A stretch of DNA of 49,312 bases from Basidiobolus meristosporus CBS 931.73 (taxonomy: Eukaryota > Fungi > Basidiobolomycota): the NCBI GenBank assembly GCA_002104905.1, contig MCFE01000656.1, forward strand, positions 1-49,312, given 5' to 3'. How positions within the stretch are numbered: the stretch's first letter is position 1; every line of letters begins with the position of its first letter. The position numbers were made by a program, and so were the translations under genes. Below, piece by piece: positions 46,775 through 49,312 of this stretch. The notes under the pieces are model-generated. The model saw only the letters and a program-made list of their open reading frames with translations. It searched no databases and was not told where the DNA came from.

Positions 46775-49312
46775 TGCTGTAAGAGTCTTGGAGATATTTG
46801 AAGTAATTGGGAGAACAAGTAGATTATGTGGTTTTCACTTAATGATTTGTTGAATGTAAAAGTAGTATTCATACTTTTACATGATCTTAGCATGACAAAC
46901 ATGTAGAATAGGTTAAGGAAGATCCCAAAAGCATGCATGCAAAGTTTGGGGCTGTTTGGACAACTTTGAGAATTTTCATGTTCTGGGTACCTGGTATTTT
47001 AATGAAAATATTCTAAGTAAATCCCAACAAGGAATTTGGTCAGTATTCTCTAGGACTTGAAGGTGATGATCTAAGTGACTAAGTTAGGTGAATATTTAGG
47101 TGGAATTACAAATTTTTACAACACTCCCACTCAGCTAAATGTTCATTCTGACTAGTCCTAATTTTGACCTAAGATATTCAAACTTGTCTCTAGCTAATGG
47201 TTTGGTAAATATGTCTGCAATCATTTCATCTGTAGGACAGTAAACTAAGCTAACTAAGTTATTCTCTATAGCTTCACGTACAAAATGATGTCTAATATCT
47301 ATGTGCTGGGTTCTAGCATGAAAAGTTGGATTTCTACCTAATTGTATACATCCTTGATTATCTTGAAATAAAGTAATAGGAGTTTTTTGACATAGGCCTA
47401 AATCTGTAAAAAGTTTTCTTAACCACATTGCTTCTTTTGTAGCTTCACAGGCTGCCATATACTCTGCCTCTGTGGTGGAAAGTGTTACAGTTGGTTGCCT
47501 TCTTGAATTCCATGAAATTGCTCCTTTACAGTAAAGAAAGGTGTATCCTGTTGTGGATCTTCTGTCTTCTGAATTTTGTCTCCAATCAGCATCAGAGTAT
47601 CCCATAAGATCCTGTTCTGAATCCTTATAAGTGTATCTTGAGCAGATATCAGCAGTTCCTTTTAGGTATCTAAAATTCTGCTCAACTGCTGCAATATGAT
47701 CAGATCCATAGTTCTGATTATGTTGGCTGACAACTCCCACTGAATATGAGATATCTGGACATGTTCTAAGCATGATATACATCAGACTGCCAACCATAGA
47801 TTGATAAGGAAAATCAGGGCTTTCAGATGGCACCAAGCTCTCATGATTTGGTTGAGTTTGGACCAAGTTAAGGTTTGTCTCCATTGGGGTAGCTGCCGGT
47901 TTACAGTCTTCCATTTGATACTTCTTTAGTATATCTTGAATATACTAGGATTGGCTTAGGGTGATAGTCTGGGTACTTCTGTCTATGGAGAACTTAATCC
48001 CCAAGTAGTAACTGAGTTCTCCTAGATCAGACATCTTGTACTCTTTAGATAGGCTGCACTTAGTCTCTTCCAATGTTGCTAGGTTATTGGTGGCTATAAT
48101 AAGATCATCCACATATAGAGCTAATAGAACTGGATTTGCTCTATCTGGCTTGTAGTATATACTATAGTCAGCATTACTCCTTTTGAAACTCAAGGATTCC
48201 AAATATGATTATTTTTTGCAATTCCAGGCTCTTGATGATTGTTTGAGACCATAAAGTGACTTTTTAAGCTTGCAGACCAAATGGGGGTTATCTTGGTCAA
48301 CAAACCCATCAGGCTGGTCCATATACATGTCCTCATCAAGTTCTCCATTCAAAAATGCGGTTTTTACATCCATTTGATGAATACAAAACTTATATTTTGC
48401 TGCAATAGCCAATATTAATCTGATGGAATTAAACTTGGCCACCGGTGCAAAGGTCTCAGTATAGTCAAGTCCTTTTGTTTGAGAGTATCCTTTGGCTACA
48501 AGTCTTGCTTTGTATCTTTCAATTGTACCATCAGCCTTGTATTTTGTCTTGAAGACCCATCTGCATCCAATTGATTTTTGGTTGATTGGTAATTTGACTA
48601 AGTCCCAAGTTTGATTTTCCATCAGGGCCTGATATTCCTCAGTCCTTGCAGATCTCCAAAACTTTGTCTGAGGGCTATTTAGGGCCTCTTTTACAGTCTG
48701 GGGTTCATCAATATGGACTGAATAGGTATAGGCTAAGTTTGTATCCTCATTGATATAGTAATTTGGGCTATTTCTTGTCTGATTGGATCTCTGGGCATTT
48801 GATACTGGAATGATCACTTCTGGGATATTCCTGGGCACTGTTTCTGGCTGAACCATGGTTGTAGAGTCCTCTGGAGTGAAAAAATCTTCATTGTTTTGCT
48901 CTGATTCAATCCTGACCATTGGTGGACTTGAGATCAAATTTTTGTCATCATCTGATGTCATTATTTGTGAAAATTTTGAATTTTCATCAAACAACACATC
49001 CCTGGACTTGATAAGCTTCTTTGCTTTAGTATTGTAGAGTCTGTATGCCTTACTCTCATTGCAGTAGCCCAAAAATATGCATTTTACACTTTTTGGCTCA
49101 AATTTTGACTGATTTCCAGCCAGTTTTTTGGCATATGCTGTACACCCAAATATTCTTAGATGTTCTGCACTTGGTCTGTATCCATACCATGCTTCAAATG
49201 GAGTAGAATCACAAAGCATTCTGTTATAACTCCTATTTTTAAGGTATACAGCAGTGGCAACTGATTCCACCCAAAAATCATAGGATAATTTTGATCATGG
49301 ATCATAGATGTT
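46775..49312 (-). mobile_element. Ty1/copia LTR retrotransposon, decayed (3' LTR 46775-47123, PPT 47124-47132, pol: integrase-RT-RNase H; continues past the window)
   Basis: INT-RT-RH order with FEAWYG, CIFLGY, YKARLVAKGYSQ, HQMDVKTAFLNG, LYVDD, GYSDADW, STTEAEYMA and HIDIRHHF. In-frame stops at 48209-48211 and 47945-47947, and a frameshift near 49295. Confidence 0.96.

Noticed and set aside
1-49312. rRNA, tRNA genes, CRISPR arrays or prokaryotic operons
   Set aside because: None seen. The sequence is eukaryotic with spliceosomal introns.

Overview
Intron-rich, gene-dense eukaryotic DNA, most consistent with an early-diverging fungus (Mucoromycota/Zoopagomycota-like; inferred from gene content, short GT-AG introns and codon style). 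Bases 1-6.5 kb hold a tandem array of three intronless, compact division-2 chitin synthase-like genes. Their catalytic cores are near-identical, while their termini and spacers are unrelated. Bases 6.6-44 kb are a run of mostly housekeeping genes: HSDL2-like SDR, PTC1, CLYBL-like, RPS13, ELYS-like, TMEM209-like, PXMP4, RPN12, RPL27A, MSS4, ATP20, kinesin-7, LSM8, RPL20, TIM9, a BSD protein, MEF2, ARO2, a small S/T-rich membrane protein and MET30/SconB. From about 44.6 kb to the end is a CpG-depleted nest of Ty1/copia LTRs, fragments and a decayed pol. Best leads: (1) the minimal CHS array with mosaic gene-conversion structure, (2) consecutive 6-nt and 4-nt micro-exons needed to build the kinesin P-loop, (3) an ELYS with an N-terminal beta-propeller-like region, (4) a half-tRNA-iMet primed copia family, and (5) paired TGAGTCA (Gcn4-type) sites upstream of ARO2. 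Several single-base insertions suggest possible assembly errors. All exon models and homology calls were made by eye, without database searches.
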